Positions 8,833-18,445 of a DNA stretch of 63,567 nucleotides are shown piece by piece. A program made the position numbers and the translations under genes. Each line of letters starts with the position of its first letter. Within the stretch, counting starts at the first letter, position 1. The DNA comes from Chthonomonadales bacterium (GTDB lineage Bacteria > Armatimonadota > Chthonomonadetes > Chthonomonadales > CAJBBX01), in contig JBMFSQ010000020.1 of assembly GCA_049967475.1 (NCBI GenBank), positions 1-63,567 on the forward strand. The letters are read 5' to 3'. Below the pieces are notes generated by a model that was not told where the DNA came from, ran no database searches, and saw nothing but the letters and a program-made list of their open reading frames with translations.

Positions 8833-9732
8833 ATGGAACCCTCCATCACTCGAAGGACATTCCTCTCAATCGCTCCTGCGGCGGCAGCGGCAGTATGGGC
8901 CGCCCCGGCCGAGGCAACAGAACCTCCCAAGCGCGCCGGAGGGCCCCATCTTCGCGTGGGATGCTGTGCCTATTCCTACAGGGAGTACCTTACGGGCAAG
9001 CGCAATCCACCCATGACGCTGGAGGACTTCCTCAACGCCGTTGCCGAAGCCGGCGCGGACGGGGTGGAACTCACCGCCTATTACTTCCCCGAATTCCCAT
9101 CGGGAGCGCTTCTGCACAAACTCGTGCGCCGCGCCTTCCTTCTGGGTCTGGATATCAACGGTACGGCGGTGGGCAACCGCTTCACCCTGCCCCCCGGCGA
9201 GGAACGCAACCGCCAAATCCGGATGGTGAAGCGGTGGATTGATTACTCTTCGGACCTAGGGGCTCCGTGCATGCGCATTTTCGCGGGCGCGCCCCCCAAG
9301 AATGTGGGCGACGAGCAGGCGCTGCAATGGGTTGTTGAGTGCTGCAACGAATGCTGCGAATATGCTGCTGCGCGAGGCGTGATGCTCGCTTTGGAGAACC
9401 ACGGAGGCGTCGTGGCTACCCCAGACGGAGTTCTGCGCATCATGAGGGCCGTTCCCTCCGAATGGTTCGGCATGAAACTGGATGGAGGCAATTTCCACAC
9501 TCCGGATCCGTACGCGGATTTGGCGCGGTGCGCTCCCTGGGCAATTACCACGCACATCAAGACCGAGGTGTATCCTTCGGGCCGGCGCCAACCGGCGGAC
9601 CTGGCCCGCATTGTGAGGATCTTGCGAAGCGTGGGATATCGCGGATACCTCCATCTGGAGTACGAAGGCGCGGAAGATGCCCTCGTCGCTGTACCCCGCT
9701 TTCTGCATGAATTGGCAAAACTCACCGGATGA
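8833..9732 (+). CDS. Tat-exported sugar-phosphate isomerase/epimerase (xylose-isomerase-like TIM barrel)
   Basis: TRRTFL twin-arginine signal; LENHGG, LDGGNF, HIK and YRGYLHLEYE motifs. Confidence 0.85.
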   Translation: MEPSITRRTFLSIAPAAAAAVWAAPAEATEPPKRAGGPHLRVGCCAYSYREYLTGKRNPPMTLEDFLNAVAEAGADGVELTAYYFPEFPSGALLHKLVRRAFLLGLDINGTAVGNRFTLPPGEERNRQIRMVKRWIDYSSDLGAPCMRIFAGAPPKNVGDEQALQWVVECCNECCEYAAARGVMLALENHGGVVATPDGVLRIMRAVPSEWFGMKLDGGNFHTPDPYADLARCAPWAITTHIKTEVYPSGRRQPADLARIVRILRSVGYRGYLHLEYEGAEDALVAVPRFLHELAKLTG

Positions 9733-9795
9733 AGCGCGCGACCGGCTGATGGTCCGCCGAAGGCAAGCGGCTCAGCCCTGCCGAAGGAGCAGCGC

Positions 9796-10818
9796 ATGAT
9801 CATTGTGCTCAAACCCCAAACCACAGAGAACCAGGTGGATGAGATCACGAGCCTTCTAAAGGCGCGCGGCTTCGGCATCCATCTTTCCCGCGGCGCCGAA
9901 ACCACCATCGTGGGCGCAATCGGCGTAGTAGACGAGGAGAAGGCCGCCCTGGCCGAACAACTTTCCGCACTGCCCTACGTGGACCGTGTGGTGCCCATCT
10001 CCAAACCCTACAAAGTGGTAGCCCGGGCGTTTCGGCCTGAAGGGACGGTCATACGGGTGCGAGGCATAGAGATCGGCGGAACGGCGCTCTGCGTCATGGC
10101 CGGTCCCTGTACTGTGGAGAACCCGGCCATGCTTTTTGAGGCTGCGGAGCACGTGAAACGGCACGGGGCGCACGTGCTGAGGGGCGGAGCCTTCAAGCCC
10201 TCCACGTCGCCCTACAGCTTCCACGGCATGGGCGAGGAAGGCCTCAAACTTTTGGCCGAGGCGCGGGATCGCACAGGACTTCCCATCATCACGGAAGTAA
10301 TGGACACCCGCGACGTGGAGCTGGTGGCCCGTTATGCCGATATCCTGCAGATCGGCACGCGCAACATGACGAACTTTTCACTGCTCAAGGAGATCGGCCA
10401 CTGCCGCAAGCCGGTGATGCTCAAACGGGGTTGGGCGTCTACCATCGAAGAGTGGCTCCAGGCTGCGGAATACATCGCGTCCCGAGGCAACTATCAGATC
10501 ATCCTGTGTGAGCGGGGCATCCGCACCTTTGAAGTCTACACACGCAACACCTTCGATATCAATGCCATTCCGGCGGTGAAGGAGCTGTCTCACCTTCCCG
10601 TCATCGCAGATCCGGCCCACGGCACGGGCCGCCGGAGCCTCGTTGCCGCCGTAGCCTGCGGCGCTGTTGCCGCCGGCGCTGACGGCATCATGGTGGAGGT
10701 TCATCCTTCGCCTCAACTGGCCCTTAAGGACGGCGCCCAGTCTCTAGACTTCCCAGGCTTCGAAGCCATGATGAACAGACTGGCTCCCATAGCCGGGGCC
10801 GTGGGGCGCACACTCTGA
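9796..10818 (+). CDS. aroF: DAHP synthase type I-beta (copy 2)
   Basis: Same motif set as copy 1; AAGGAG RBS; N-terminal domain divergent from copy 1. Confidence 0.9.
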   Translation: MIIVLKPQTTENQVDEITSLLKARGFGIHLSRGAETTIVGAIGVVDEEKAALAEQLSALPYVDRVVPISKPYKVVARAFRPEGTVIRVRGIEIGGTALCVMAGPCTVENPAMLFEAAEHVKRHGAHVLRGGAFKPSTSPYSFHGMGEEGLKLLAEARDRTGLPIITEVMDTRDVELVARYADILQIGTRNMTNFSLLKEIGHCRKPVMLKRGWASTIEEWLQAAEYIASRGNYQIILCERGIRTFEVYTRNTFDINAIPAVKELSHLPVIADPAHGTGRRSLVAAVACGAVAAGADGIMVEVHPSPQLALKDGAQSLDFPGFEAMMNRLAPIAGAVGRTL

Positions 10819-11687
10819 TGGAGGTGAACATGGAAGCTCCTTCCCTAGGCCGTGTAGCCATCCTGGGCGTAGGATTGATCGGCGGTTCGCTGGGACTAGC
10901 GCTGCAGGCCGCCGGGGCGGCCGAAAGCGTAATCGGCATGGACCCCAACCGGCGCGCCCTTCAAACAGCCCTCAAGCGCAACGCCATCACGCAGGCCGCG
11001 GCCGACCCGGAAGACGCTGTGAAGGAAGCGCAGCTCGTAGTCGTCGCCGCCCCTCTCGAGGCCGTCATTCCTACCGTCCGCGCGATCCTGCCCTATCTAT
11101 CCGAAGATGCCGTGGTTACGGACGTAGCCAGCGCCAAATTGAGGGTCGTTCGCCAATGCCAGCAGCTTCTAGGCGGGCGATTTGTAGGCGGCCATCCCAT
11201 GGCAGGATCCGAACGTTCCGGGGTGGCTGCGGCAGATGCGCAGATCTTCCGTGACGCTCCCTGGGTCCTCACACCAACGCTTCTGACGCGGTCTGAAGCT
11301 CTCGAGCGGGTAAGGACGATGGTGCAGGCCACGGGCGCGCGCGTGCGCCTTTGCGACCCCCGCACCCACGACACGGTAGTCGCCTACACCAGCCATTTGC
11401 CCCACATCATGGCGTACGGCCTTGCGCGTACAGCATGGAAGGGCGTCCACGCCGATTGGGCAGATTTGGCTGCGGGGAGCTTCCGGGATTGCTCCCGGGT
11501 GTCCCTGAGTGATCCCAAACGCTGGGCAGAGATCCTGTTGGATAACGACAAGGCGGTTGTGGATGCCCTGGATGCCCTCATCGTGTGGCTTTCGCGGGTG
11601 CGCGTAGCCGTAAAGTCTGCGGACCGTACCACCGTAGAACAGCTCCTGGCAGAGGCGCACAGGGCGCGCAAACGGTTCCCCTTATGA
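10818..11687 (+). CDS. tyrA: Prephenate/arogenate dehydrogenase
   Basis: GVGLIGGS, TDVASAK, GGHPMAGSE, SHLPH and GSFRD motifs. Confidence 0.9.
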   Translation: MEVNMEAPSLGRVAILGVGLIGGSLGLALQAAGAAESVIGMDPNRRALQTALKRNAITQAAADPEDAVKEAQLVVVAAPLEAVIPTVRAILPYLSEDAVVTDVASAKLRVVRQCQQLLGGRFVGGHPMAGSERSGVAAADAQIFRDAPWVLTPTLLTRSEALERVRTMVQATGARVRLCDPRTHDTVVAYTSHLPHIMAYGLARTAWKGVHADWADLAAGSFRDCSRVSLSDPKRWAEILLDNDKAVVDALDALIVWLSRVRVAVKSADRTTVEQLLAEAHRARKRFPL

Positions 11688-13009
11688 ACGGCATTTACAT
11701 CGTTGAGCCCGTCACTTCGCCCGTCCGCGGGGTGGCCCGCGTCCCCGGATCCAAGAGCATCACCAACCGGGCCCTGGTTCTGGGAGCTCTGGCAGAAGGC
11801 CAATCCACAATCCGCGGCGCCCTCTTTGCAGAGGACACCCTCGTTATGGCGGAATGCCTCAGTCGGCTAGGCTTTCGCGTGGAGACCCACGAAGAGGAAG
11901 AGACCTTTCGCATTGCAGGCGCGGGCGGGCACATTCCGGCGCCGAGCGCGGAGCTGTTTGTGGGCAACTCGGGCACAACCATGCGATTTCTTGCGGCTCT
12001 TTGCGCCCTTGGGACGGGCCCCTACCGCCTGGATGGAGTGCCGCGCATGCGCCAGCGGCCCATCCAGGATCTTTTGACCGCCCTCCGCGAACTCGGAGTG
12101 GAGGCTACGTCCGAAGCCGGGAACGGCTGCCCGCCGGTGACGATTCGATGCGGCTCTTGCCCGCCTGACTGCGTGCCTCTCCGCGGCGGCAGAGTGCACG
12201 TCAACGCGACCGCCAGCAGCCAATTTCTCAGCGCTGTACTCATGATCGGTCCGGTGCTTGTTCAAGGATTGGAGGTGTCTGTCGAGGGCGCCCTCGTGTC
12301 ACGTCCCTACGTAGAGATGACGATGCGGATGATGCGCGATTGGGGAGCCCACGTGGACGAAGTAGCGCCTTCTCTGCTTCGTGTCCGGGGGGCCTCGGGG
12401 TATCGCGCTCAAACATACAGGGTGGAGCCCGACGCATCGGCAGCGTCGTACTTCTTCGCCGCTGCCGCTGTAACGGGCGGCGAGGTGCGCGTGGAGGGGC
12501 TGGGGGCCGCATCCCTCCAGGGCGACGTGGCTTTTGTAGACGTGCTGGAGCGCATGGGGTGCTCCGTAGACCGCGGCGCCCGCTCCATAACGCTGAAGGG
12601 CCCGGAACGCCTGAATGGAGTGAACGTAGACATGAACTCCATCCCCGACACCGTGATGACCCTGGCTGCCATTGCTCCCTTCGCTACGAGCCCCACCACC
12701 ATTCGCAATGTCGAGAACCTGCGGTACAAGGAGACCGACCGACTGGCAGCCTTGGTCACAGAGCTTGCCAAGCTGGGCGTCCCTGTTGAGGGTCACTTCG
12801 ACGGTCTGACCATCCACCCGTGTTCCACGCTTCATCCGGCAGAAGTGGAAACCTACGGAGATCACCGGATTGCCATGAGCTTCGCCATCACAGGGCTGCG
12901 CACGCCTGGGATCGCCATCCGGAACCCCGAATGCGTCAACAAAACGTTCCCGGATTTCTTCCTGCGCCTTGAGGAGTTTTGCCGTGGAGCCCGCGGAGTA
13001 CGGAGGTGA
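11684..13009 (+). CDS. aroA: EPSP synthase
   Basis: PGSKSITNR, GNSGTTMRF, SSQFLSA, KETDR, DHRIAMS and KTFPDF motifs; ATGA overlap with tyrA. Confidence 0.95.
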   Translation: MNGIYIVEPVTSPVRGVARVPGSKSITNRALVLGALAEGQSTIRGALFAEDTLVMAECLSRLGFRVETHEEEETFRIAGAGGHIPAPSAELFVGNSGTTMRFLAALCALGTGPYRLDGVPRMRQRPIQDLLTALRELGVEATSEAGNGCPPVTIRCGSCPPDCVPLRGGRVHVNATASSQFLSAVLMIGPVLVQGLEVSVEGALVSRPYVEMTMRMMRDWGAHVDEVAPSLLRVRGASGYRAQTYRVEPDASAASYFFAAAAVTGGEVRVEGLGAASLQGDVAFVDVLERMGCSVDRGARSITLKGPERLNGVNVDMNSIPDTVMTLAAIAPFATSPTTIRNVENLRYKETDRLAALVTELAKLGVPVEGHFDGLTIHPCSTLHPAEVETYGDHRIAMSFAITGLRTPGIAIRNPECVNKTFPDFFLRLEEFCRGARGVRR

Positions 13010-13013
13010 AGCC

Positions 13014-13694
13014 GTGAAGCACGTGCGCATTGCAATAGACGGCCCTGCAGGAGCCGGCAAGAGCACCGTGGCCCGGCGCGTGGCGGCTGCCCTCGGTATC
13101 ACGTACGTAGACACGGGGGCTATGTACCGTGCGATAGCGTGGAAGGGGCTGAAGGCAGGCATTCCTCTATCGGACGCCGATGGATTCGCTCGGCTCGCGG
13201 AAGTTACGGATATCTCCTTCGAGCCTAAGCCGGACGGGACGCAAGCCGTTCTGGTGGATGGGGCGGATGTGACGGAGGCCATTCGCAGCGTCGAAGTCAC
13301 CCAGCTCTCATCGCCGGTATCCGCCATTCCAGGGGTCCGCCGGGCCCTCGTGCGCAGGCAGCAGCAGATGGGCAGTCAAACCAGCGTGGTGATGGAGGGG
13401 CGCGATATCGGCACGGTCGTGCTTCCCGATGCAGAGGTAAAGGTGTTCCTCACTGCCAGCCCCGCTGAACGCGCGCGGCGCCGGTGGGCAGAGTTGCGGG
13501 CCAAAGGCGTGGATGCCTCCTTGGACGAAGTTCTTGCTCAGCAGCAGGAGCGCGATGAGAGGGACAGCAATCGCTCGCACTCCCCGCTGACACCTGCCGA
13601 TGACGCGGTGCTGTTGGACACCGATGGCCTCTCAGTGGATGAAGTGGCAGCACGCATCGTCACCCTGGCGCGGGCGGCTCGGGATTGCCCATGA
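13014..13694 (+). CDS. cmk: Cytidylate kinase
   Basis: IAIDGPAGAGKST, DTGAMYR and EGRDIGT motifs; GTG start after GGAGG. Confidence 0.95.
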   Translation: MKHVRIAIDGPAGAGKSTVARRVAAALGITYVDTGAMYRAIAWKGLKAGIPLSDADGFARLAEVTDISFEPKPDGTQAVLVDGADVTEAIRSVEVTQLSSPVSAIPGVRRALVRRQQQMGSQTSVVMEGRDIGTVVLPDAEVKVFLTASPAERARRRWAELRAKGVDASLDEVLAQQQERDERDSNRSHSPLTPADDAVLLDTDGLSVDEVAARIVTLARAARDCP

Positions 13695-14410
13695 AACGGC
13701 CGAACCTGGTCTATCGCACCGTGCATCGGCTCGCCCGGGCAGCGTTTCGCTTGTGGGGCTCGTGGCAGGTCCTTGATCTCCACAAGATCCCTGCCGAGGG
13801 CGGCGTTCTTGTAGCGGGGAACCACGTCAGCTATGTGGATCCCCCTTTGATCGGAGCCGCCATCCGCCGCGAGTGCCGCTTCATGGCCCGTCATGATCTG
13901 TGGAAGAACCGCTTTCTCGCATGGCTGCTGCCGAGGCTAGGCGCCTACCCCATCGTGCGCAACAAACCCGATCGCAGGGGTTTGCTGGCCACTCTCGAGT
14001 ATCTGGAGCAGGGATACGTTGTGGTGATGTTTCCCGAGGGTACCCGGAGCCGAGATGGCCAGCTTCAGCCGGCAGAGCCTGGGCTCGCACTCATCGTGCG
14101 AAAAGCGCGCGTACCCGTGGTACCTGCAGCCGTCATCGGCACGCAGCAAATGATGCCCGTTGGCAGCAGCCGCATCCGCCGGGCGAAGCTCAAGGTGATC
14201 TTCGGTGACCCCCTTTTCTTTACGCCCGACGCGTCTAAGGAAGAGATTTGCGCCAGCGTCATGCGGGCGATCGCCGATCTGCTCACAGCCAACGGTGTGC
14301 CGACGGTAGCAGCGGAAGACCGTCTTCAGGCGAGCGCTAGTAATCCCACTCATAGCGCTCCAGACGAAGCCGGCCGATCGCCATCGGAACCCCTGCCGCA
14401 GCAGCCGTAA
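13691..14410 (+). CDS. plsC: 1-acyl-sn-glycerol-3-phosphate acyltransferase
   Basis: NHVSYVD (HX4D) and FPEGTRS motifs; usual position after cmk. Confidence 0.88.
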   Translation: MKRPNLVYRTVHRLARAAFRLWGSWQVLDLHKIPAEGGVLVAGNHVSYVDPPLIGAAIRRECRFMARHDLWKNRFLAWLLPRLGAYPIVRNKPDRRGLLATLEYLEQGYVVVMFPEGTRSRDGQLQPAEPGLALIVRKARVPVVPAAVIGTQQMMPVGSSRIRRAKLKVIFGDPLFFTPDASKEEICASVMRAIADLLTANGVPTVAAEDRLQASASNPTHSAPDEAGRSPSEPLPQQP

Positions 14411-15977
14411 CCGCAATCATCAGAACTCCAGCCGAAGTATAGATCAGCAGCGAGCGCTCGGGGAAAAGCGTAGCCAGGTGCCATCCCACTGCCGCGGTGA
14501 TCCCCTCCACCGTAACGTATGCTACGGACGCGAAGAAGCTGAGGATGAGCGCCCATACGCTTACGCGGTGAGCCGGGTTGTCGTACACAAACCGGGGGAA
14601 TGCTGCGGAAAGGCCCACGCCGATACCGCAGAGCCCGGCGGACACCAGCACTGCGGCCCCACATTGTAGGGCTGCCCCGTACCATGCCACATCGAATACG
14701 AGCGCTCCGAGCACCGTCAAGATGCATCCCACGCCCGCAGCCACGAGGGTGCTCAGCAGAAACTTGGCCCACAACGCTCTGGCCGCCGGCACCGGCGCCG
14801 CCATCATGATCCAGAAGGACCGCCCCTCCATGCCCAACGACGAGAGCGAGAGGATGGAGGTCTGCATAAAGAGGATGGTTCCCGTCATAGCGACGGAGAA
14901 GGGATAGATCTCCGCGGGCGTGGCAAAAAGCATCCCTGAGGATTGCTGTATCCCGAGGATCATTGGTACCACGAAAAGCACCATGGGCATGGCGAGCTGG
15001 CTCAGGAGAACCGTGTCGCGGAGCACATAGCGTATATCTTTGGCGAAGACGCCCGCAATGGGGAGCTGCAGGAGGCGGTAAAGACCCCGATTGGCCTTCC
15101 AGGGAGAGCCTATTCCCGTAGAGAGCCGATCCTCCTCAGCCTCCGCGATGGCCGGCGGGGTAATGAGGCGCTCCCCGAACTGGAAGCACACGGCGTACAG
15201 CAGCATCGTGAGTACGCCCAACCAAAGAAGCTCACGGAGGCTCGATGCCGGCCGCCCCTGAGCCATTTGAACGAGGCTCCACGCAAACGGGGCCGATGGC
15301 CCCAGCCGAGCCGACAAGGATCCCGGTGCGAGGGCGTCCAAGTGCAGGTTGGACGCCGCGTGGAATTGAACGTGGCCGGCCTGAACCACCGCAGTGAGGC
15401 ACACAAGGGAGGCCATAACGACGTTGACGGCAGCAATGGCACTGCGCACCCGCCTGGTACCGAGAAGATCCAGGGCTAAGAGCAGCAGCAAAGCCGTGAT
15501 GAGCGCGGGCAGTAGCAGAAAGAGCACCGTTAGGATCGGAACCAGCATCCACCCGGCCGGAGGCAGATCCAGAGCCCATGCACATGCTGCGATGGCAGGC
15601 AACCCGATGACGCTGAACTGCAGTGAATTGGTGAATGCCGCCTCCAGAAGCTTTGCGGCGATCACCGATCTCCACCGCACCGGCGCCGAGGCCAGAAGAA
15701 GATACTCGGAGGAGTGCAGGAGAGTAGACACCACGAAGGGTACGGAACCCGCCAGCAGAAAGAGAAAGAGGAGGAAGAAGATCTCGTACACCAGATCTTG
15801 CCTCGCGCCGTCGTCCTGAGCGAGGAGTAGGAAGGTGCGGAAGCCAACAAAGGTTCCGGTCAGGATCAAAGCCCCTGCCAGCACCAAGCAGGCTGCAAGC
15901 CACGGCCTGCGCGCCGCATGGTAACGGGCAACGTTCCACAAACCGAGAATACGGACTTTAATAAGGAGAAACGGCAC
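14337..15977 (-). CDS. Putative ABC-2-type exporter permease (multi-pass membrane protein)
   Basis: About 12 hydrophobic segments; LLASAPV...AKL, KDIRYVLRD and EGRSFWIM..AP motifs. Confidence 0.75.
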   Translation of the reverse strand: MPFLLIKVRILGLWNVARYHAARRPWLAACLVLAGALILTGTFVGFRTFLLLAQDDGARQDLVYEIFFLLFLFLLAGSVPFVVSTLLHSSEYLLLASAPVRWRSVIAAKLLEAAFTNSLQFSVIGLPAIAACAWALDLPPAGWMLVPILTVLFLLLPALITALLLLLALDLLGTRRVRSAIAAVNVVMASLVCLTAVVQAGHVQFHAASNLHLDALAPGSLSARLGPSAPFAWSLVQMAQGRPASSLRELLWLGVLTMLLYAVCFQFGERLITPPAIAEAEEDRLSTGIGSPWKANRGLYRLLQLPIAGVFAKDIRYVLRDTVLLSQLAMPMVLFVVPMILGIQQSSGMLFATPAEIYPFSVAMTGTILFMQTSILSLSSLGMEGRSFWIMMAAPVPAARALWAKFLLSTLVAAGVGCILTVLGALVFDVAWYGAALQCGAAVLVSAGLCGIGVGLSAAFPRFVYDNPAHRVSVWALILSFFASVAYVTVEGITAAVGWHLATLFPERSLLIYTSAGVLMIAVTAAAAGVPMAIGRLRLERYEWDY

Positions 15978-16106
15978 GCGTATCCTATCCGCTCGGGGCG
16001 CAGGCGCACGCCCGGGCCCGCCGGTTCAAACGTACGTCACTATACCAACTGCGTGCGGGCGAAGTTTCCTGTGGATAAGTTCAGGCAGCTCTCTGCCCCT
16101 TGGCGC

Positions 16107-16850
16107 TCACATGGGCTCTGCTTCAAACCGCCGGATCACCAGCTCGTCTACACTCACATTGGGCGGTAACGAAAGCAGGTAGAGCACTGCCTGTGCGATG
16201 TCCCGAGGCTGGATCCATCCCTCCTTCGACCGCGTGGGGTGGATCTGGGCTGCCAGACGCGTGTCCACACCGCCAGGACAAATGACGTGCACACGGATGC
16301 CGTGGGGGCGCAGTTCCATGGCCATGACCTTGGAGAGGAGCACCACGCCTGCCTTCGCCGCGCAATAGGCACCTTGTCCCTCATAGGGCTTCTTGCCGGA
16401 ACTCGACGATATGTTCACGATCGTTCCCCGCCCGTGGGCGAGCATGGCGCGGATTGCCGCCCGGGAACAGAAGAAGGTACCCCGAAGGTTCACATCCACG
16501 TTGAGGTTGAATTCCTCCGTGGAGAGTTCCCATACCGGCTTGAACACAGCCGCTCCCGCGTTGTTCACGAGCACGTCAATGCCGCCGTATGTGTGAACAG
16601 CGCTCCGTATCAGGCGTTCGCACGAGCCTTCATCTGCTACATCGGTAGGGACCGCCAGGCACTCCCCGCCGGATTGCTCGATCTCATCGGCTGCTTCCTC
16701 CAGCTCGTGGACGGTGCGGGCAGCCAACACGACACGTGCTCCAGCATCCGCCAGGGCTCTGGCAGTGGCCCGGCCGATGCCGCGGCCGGCACCCGTAACC
16801 ACTGCCACACGCCCTTCCAGGAAACGCGCCGGCAACACACCAGGACACAC
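16107..16850 (-). CDS. SDR family oxidoreductase
   Basis: TGAGRGIG, NNAG and YCAAK motifs. Confidence 0.92.
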   Translation of the reverse strand: MCPGVLPARFLEGRVAVVTGAGRGIGRATARALADAGARVVLAARTVHELEEAADEIEQSGGECLAVPTDVADEGSCERLIRSAVHTYGGIDVLVNNAGAAVFKPVWELSTEEFNLNVDVNLRGTFFCSRAAIRAMLAHGRGTIVNISSSSGKKPYEGQGAYCAAKAGVVLLSKVMAMELRPHGIRVHVICPGGVDTRLAAQIHPTRSKEGWIQPRDIAQAVLYLLSLPPNVSVDELVIRRFEAEPM

Positions 16851-16886
16851 TCTTTTGTTCCTCCCAGGTCAGCCGGAAGGCCGGCT

Positions 16887-17630
16887 TCAGGACTTGTTCT
16901 TGAGGAATTCTACCAGAGCATCCAGGGAAGCCGGCTGATCGGCAAACAGGGCGGTTCCGTGCGCATCTCCGGGGTAGACCTTGAGTTCCGCGGCGGGCTT
17001 GAGGCGCTTGATGAGCTGCGGCCCGCCTCCCGTGATGGCATCGTCCCGCGCCGTGAGGACGAGCACCGCTCCGGGATAACGACCGAACGCCTCCGGGATC
17101 TGCAGCCCATGGTAGTTTGCCCCGGGCGACACCAGCGCGACGGCCGGCACTTCGGGCGTGCGGGACGCGTAGATGGCGCAATTGTTGGCACCGTATGATG
17201 CACCTGCCAGAGCCACGTGCCTGGGCTTGAAGCCCCGGTGCTTCAGCCAATCTACGGCGCCTGCGATATCCCGAGTGGTGTCCCAAGGAGCGTCCGCACC
17301 GTTCTGCGGCCCCAACGATGCCCCGGCGCCGCGCTGATCTATAGCCAGAACAGCCAGGCCGGCCGTGGAAAGCTTTCGGGCCGCGTCATCCCAATCTGCC
17401 GACGAGCCGCCGCGCTGGTGAAGGAGGACCACAGCCCTCAAACCCTTGCCGTCGGGATAGAAGCGGCCGTGGATCGTCCACCCGTCCGTTGTGCGGAACG
17501 TCACGGGCTCGAAGCTCCGGGAACCGGGCGGCGCGGGCGGGATTTGGCTCGTGTGCGGCGGCGAGCACGCTCCAAGTGCCCCAAGCATCAGCACGCAAGC
17601 CGGTATACGCACCCACGTCACGGAAAGCAC
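16887..17630 (-). CDS. Alpha/beta hydrolase lipoprotein
   Basis: Lipobox LGAC; GASYG nucleophile elbow; later Asp and AHG His. Confidence 0.82.
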   Translation of the reverse strand: MLSVTWVRIPACVLMLGALGACSPPHTSQIPPAPPGSRSFEPVTFRTTDGWTIHGRFYPDGKGLRAVVLLHQRGGSSADWDDAARKLSTAGLAVLAIDQRGAGASLGPQNGADAPWDTTRDIAGAVDWLKHRGFKPRHVALAGASYGANNCAIYASRTPEVPAVALVSPGANYHGLQIPEAFGRYPGAVLVLTARDDAITGGGPQLIKRLKPAAELKVYPGDAHGTALFADQPASLDALVEFLKNKS

Positions 17631-17728
17631 CTCCTCTCAGAATAGAGCCGCACTGGAGGAGGTGTTCTGCATCTGTGTGCAAAGTCCTGCCGCGCCCGCC
17701 TAAAGCCTTCGACCGTAAGGCAAGCGCT

Positions 17729-18295
17729 TCAGGATGCCCGAACGCGCCCGCTGCGGGGAGCAGCAGCCAATATCGGCTTGGGCGCCTTGGTTCTGAGAGT
17801 GCGCAGCACCAAATCCGCCAGCGGGAAGAGGACGTTCAGGTTTGTAGCATCATCTCGGTGGTGGAGCCGGTGATGATGGTTCAGAAAGCGGAACACGCGG
17901 GTGCGCTCGATCCAGCGATCCCGCGGCACGTGCATGAAGAAATGCAGGGTCTCGTAACCGAGGTAATAAACCGCGATGGCGGCGAGACCGCCCCAAAGGC
18001 TGGGGACACCTGTGATCCACTGAACAAGCCATATCAGGGGCAAGTGGAAACCCAGGAATAGGGGCAGGGCGAACCAGTCCATCATGATATGTTTGCCGCC
18101 CGGATCCTGGGGGCTTGGCAGGTCATAGGTTTCGTCGCCGCCATAGAGGCCATGATGCCTTTGGTCGTGGGCTTCGAAGGTGGCTCGCAGTAGTTTGGGG
18201 CTGTGAAACAGGTACTTATGGAAGGCCCACTCGAAGAAGCTTCCATAAAGGAACCACGCGAAGAAGGCGCCGAGTTGGCACGCGAGATACGTCAT
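17729..18295 (-). CDS. Fatty acid hydroxylase / sterol desaturase family membrane di-metal enzyme
   Basis: His boxes HKYLFH, HDQRHH, HFFMH and HHRLHH; AAGGAG RBS. Confidence 0.85.
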   Translation of the reverse strand: MTYLACQLGAFFAWFLYGSFFEWAFHKYLFHSPKLLRATFEAHDQRHHGLYGGDETYDLPSPQDPGGKHIMMDWFALPLFLGFHLPLIWLVQWITGVPSLWGGLAAIAVYYLGYETLHFFMHVPRDRWIERTRVFRFLNHHHRLHHRDDATNLNVLFPLADLVLRTLRTKAPKPILAAAPRSGRVRAS

Positions 18296-18445
18296 TGTGC
18301 TCCAAATCTCCTTGTATCGCGCCGAAGCGCTGGATACGTCAAAACCCCGGCCCGTCCGTGTGTCCTATCAGGCGCACCGGAGGCCGGGGCAAACGATCTC
18401 ACGCGATATCGCCCGCTTCGCTGGTGGTCCCAGCAAAGTAACTTT

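Noticed and set aside
16070..16078. Perfect DnaA box (TTATCCACA on the minus strand)
   Set aside because: Single copy with no box cluster, AT-rich unwinding element or dnaA nearby; not an origin.
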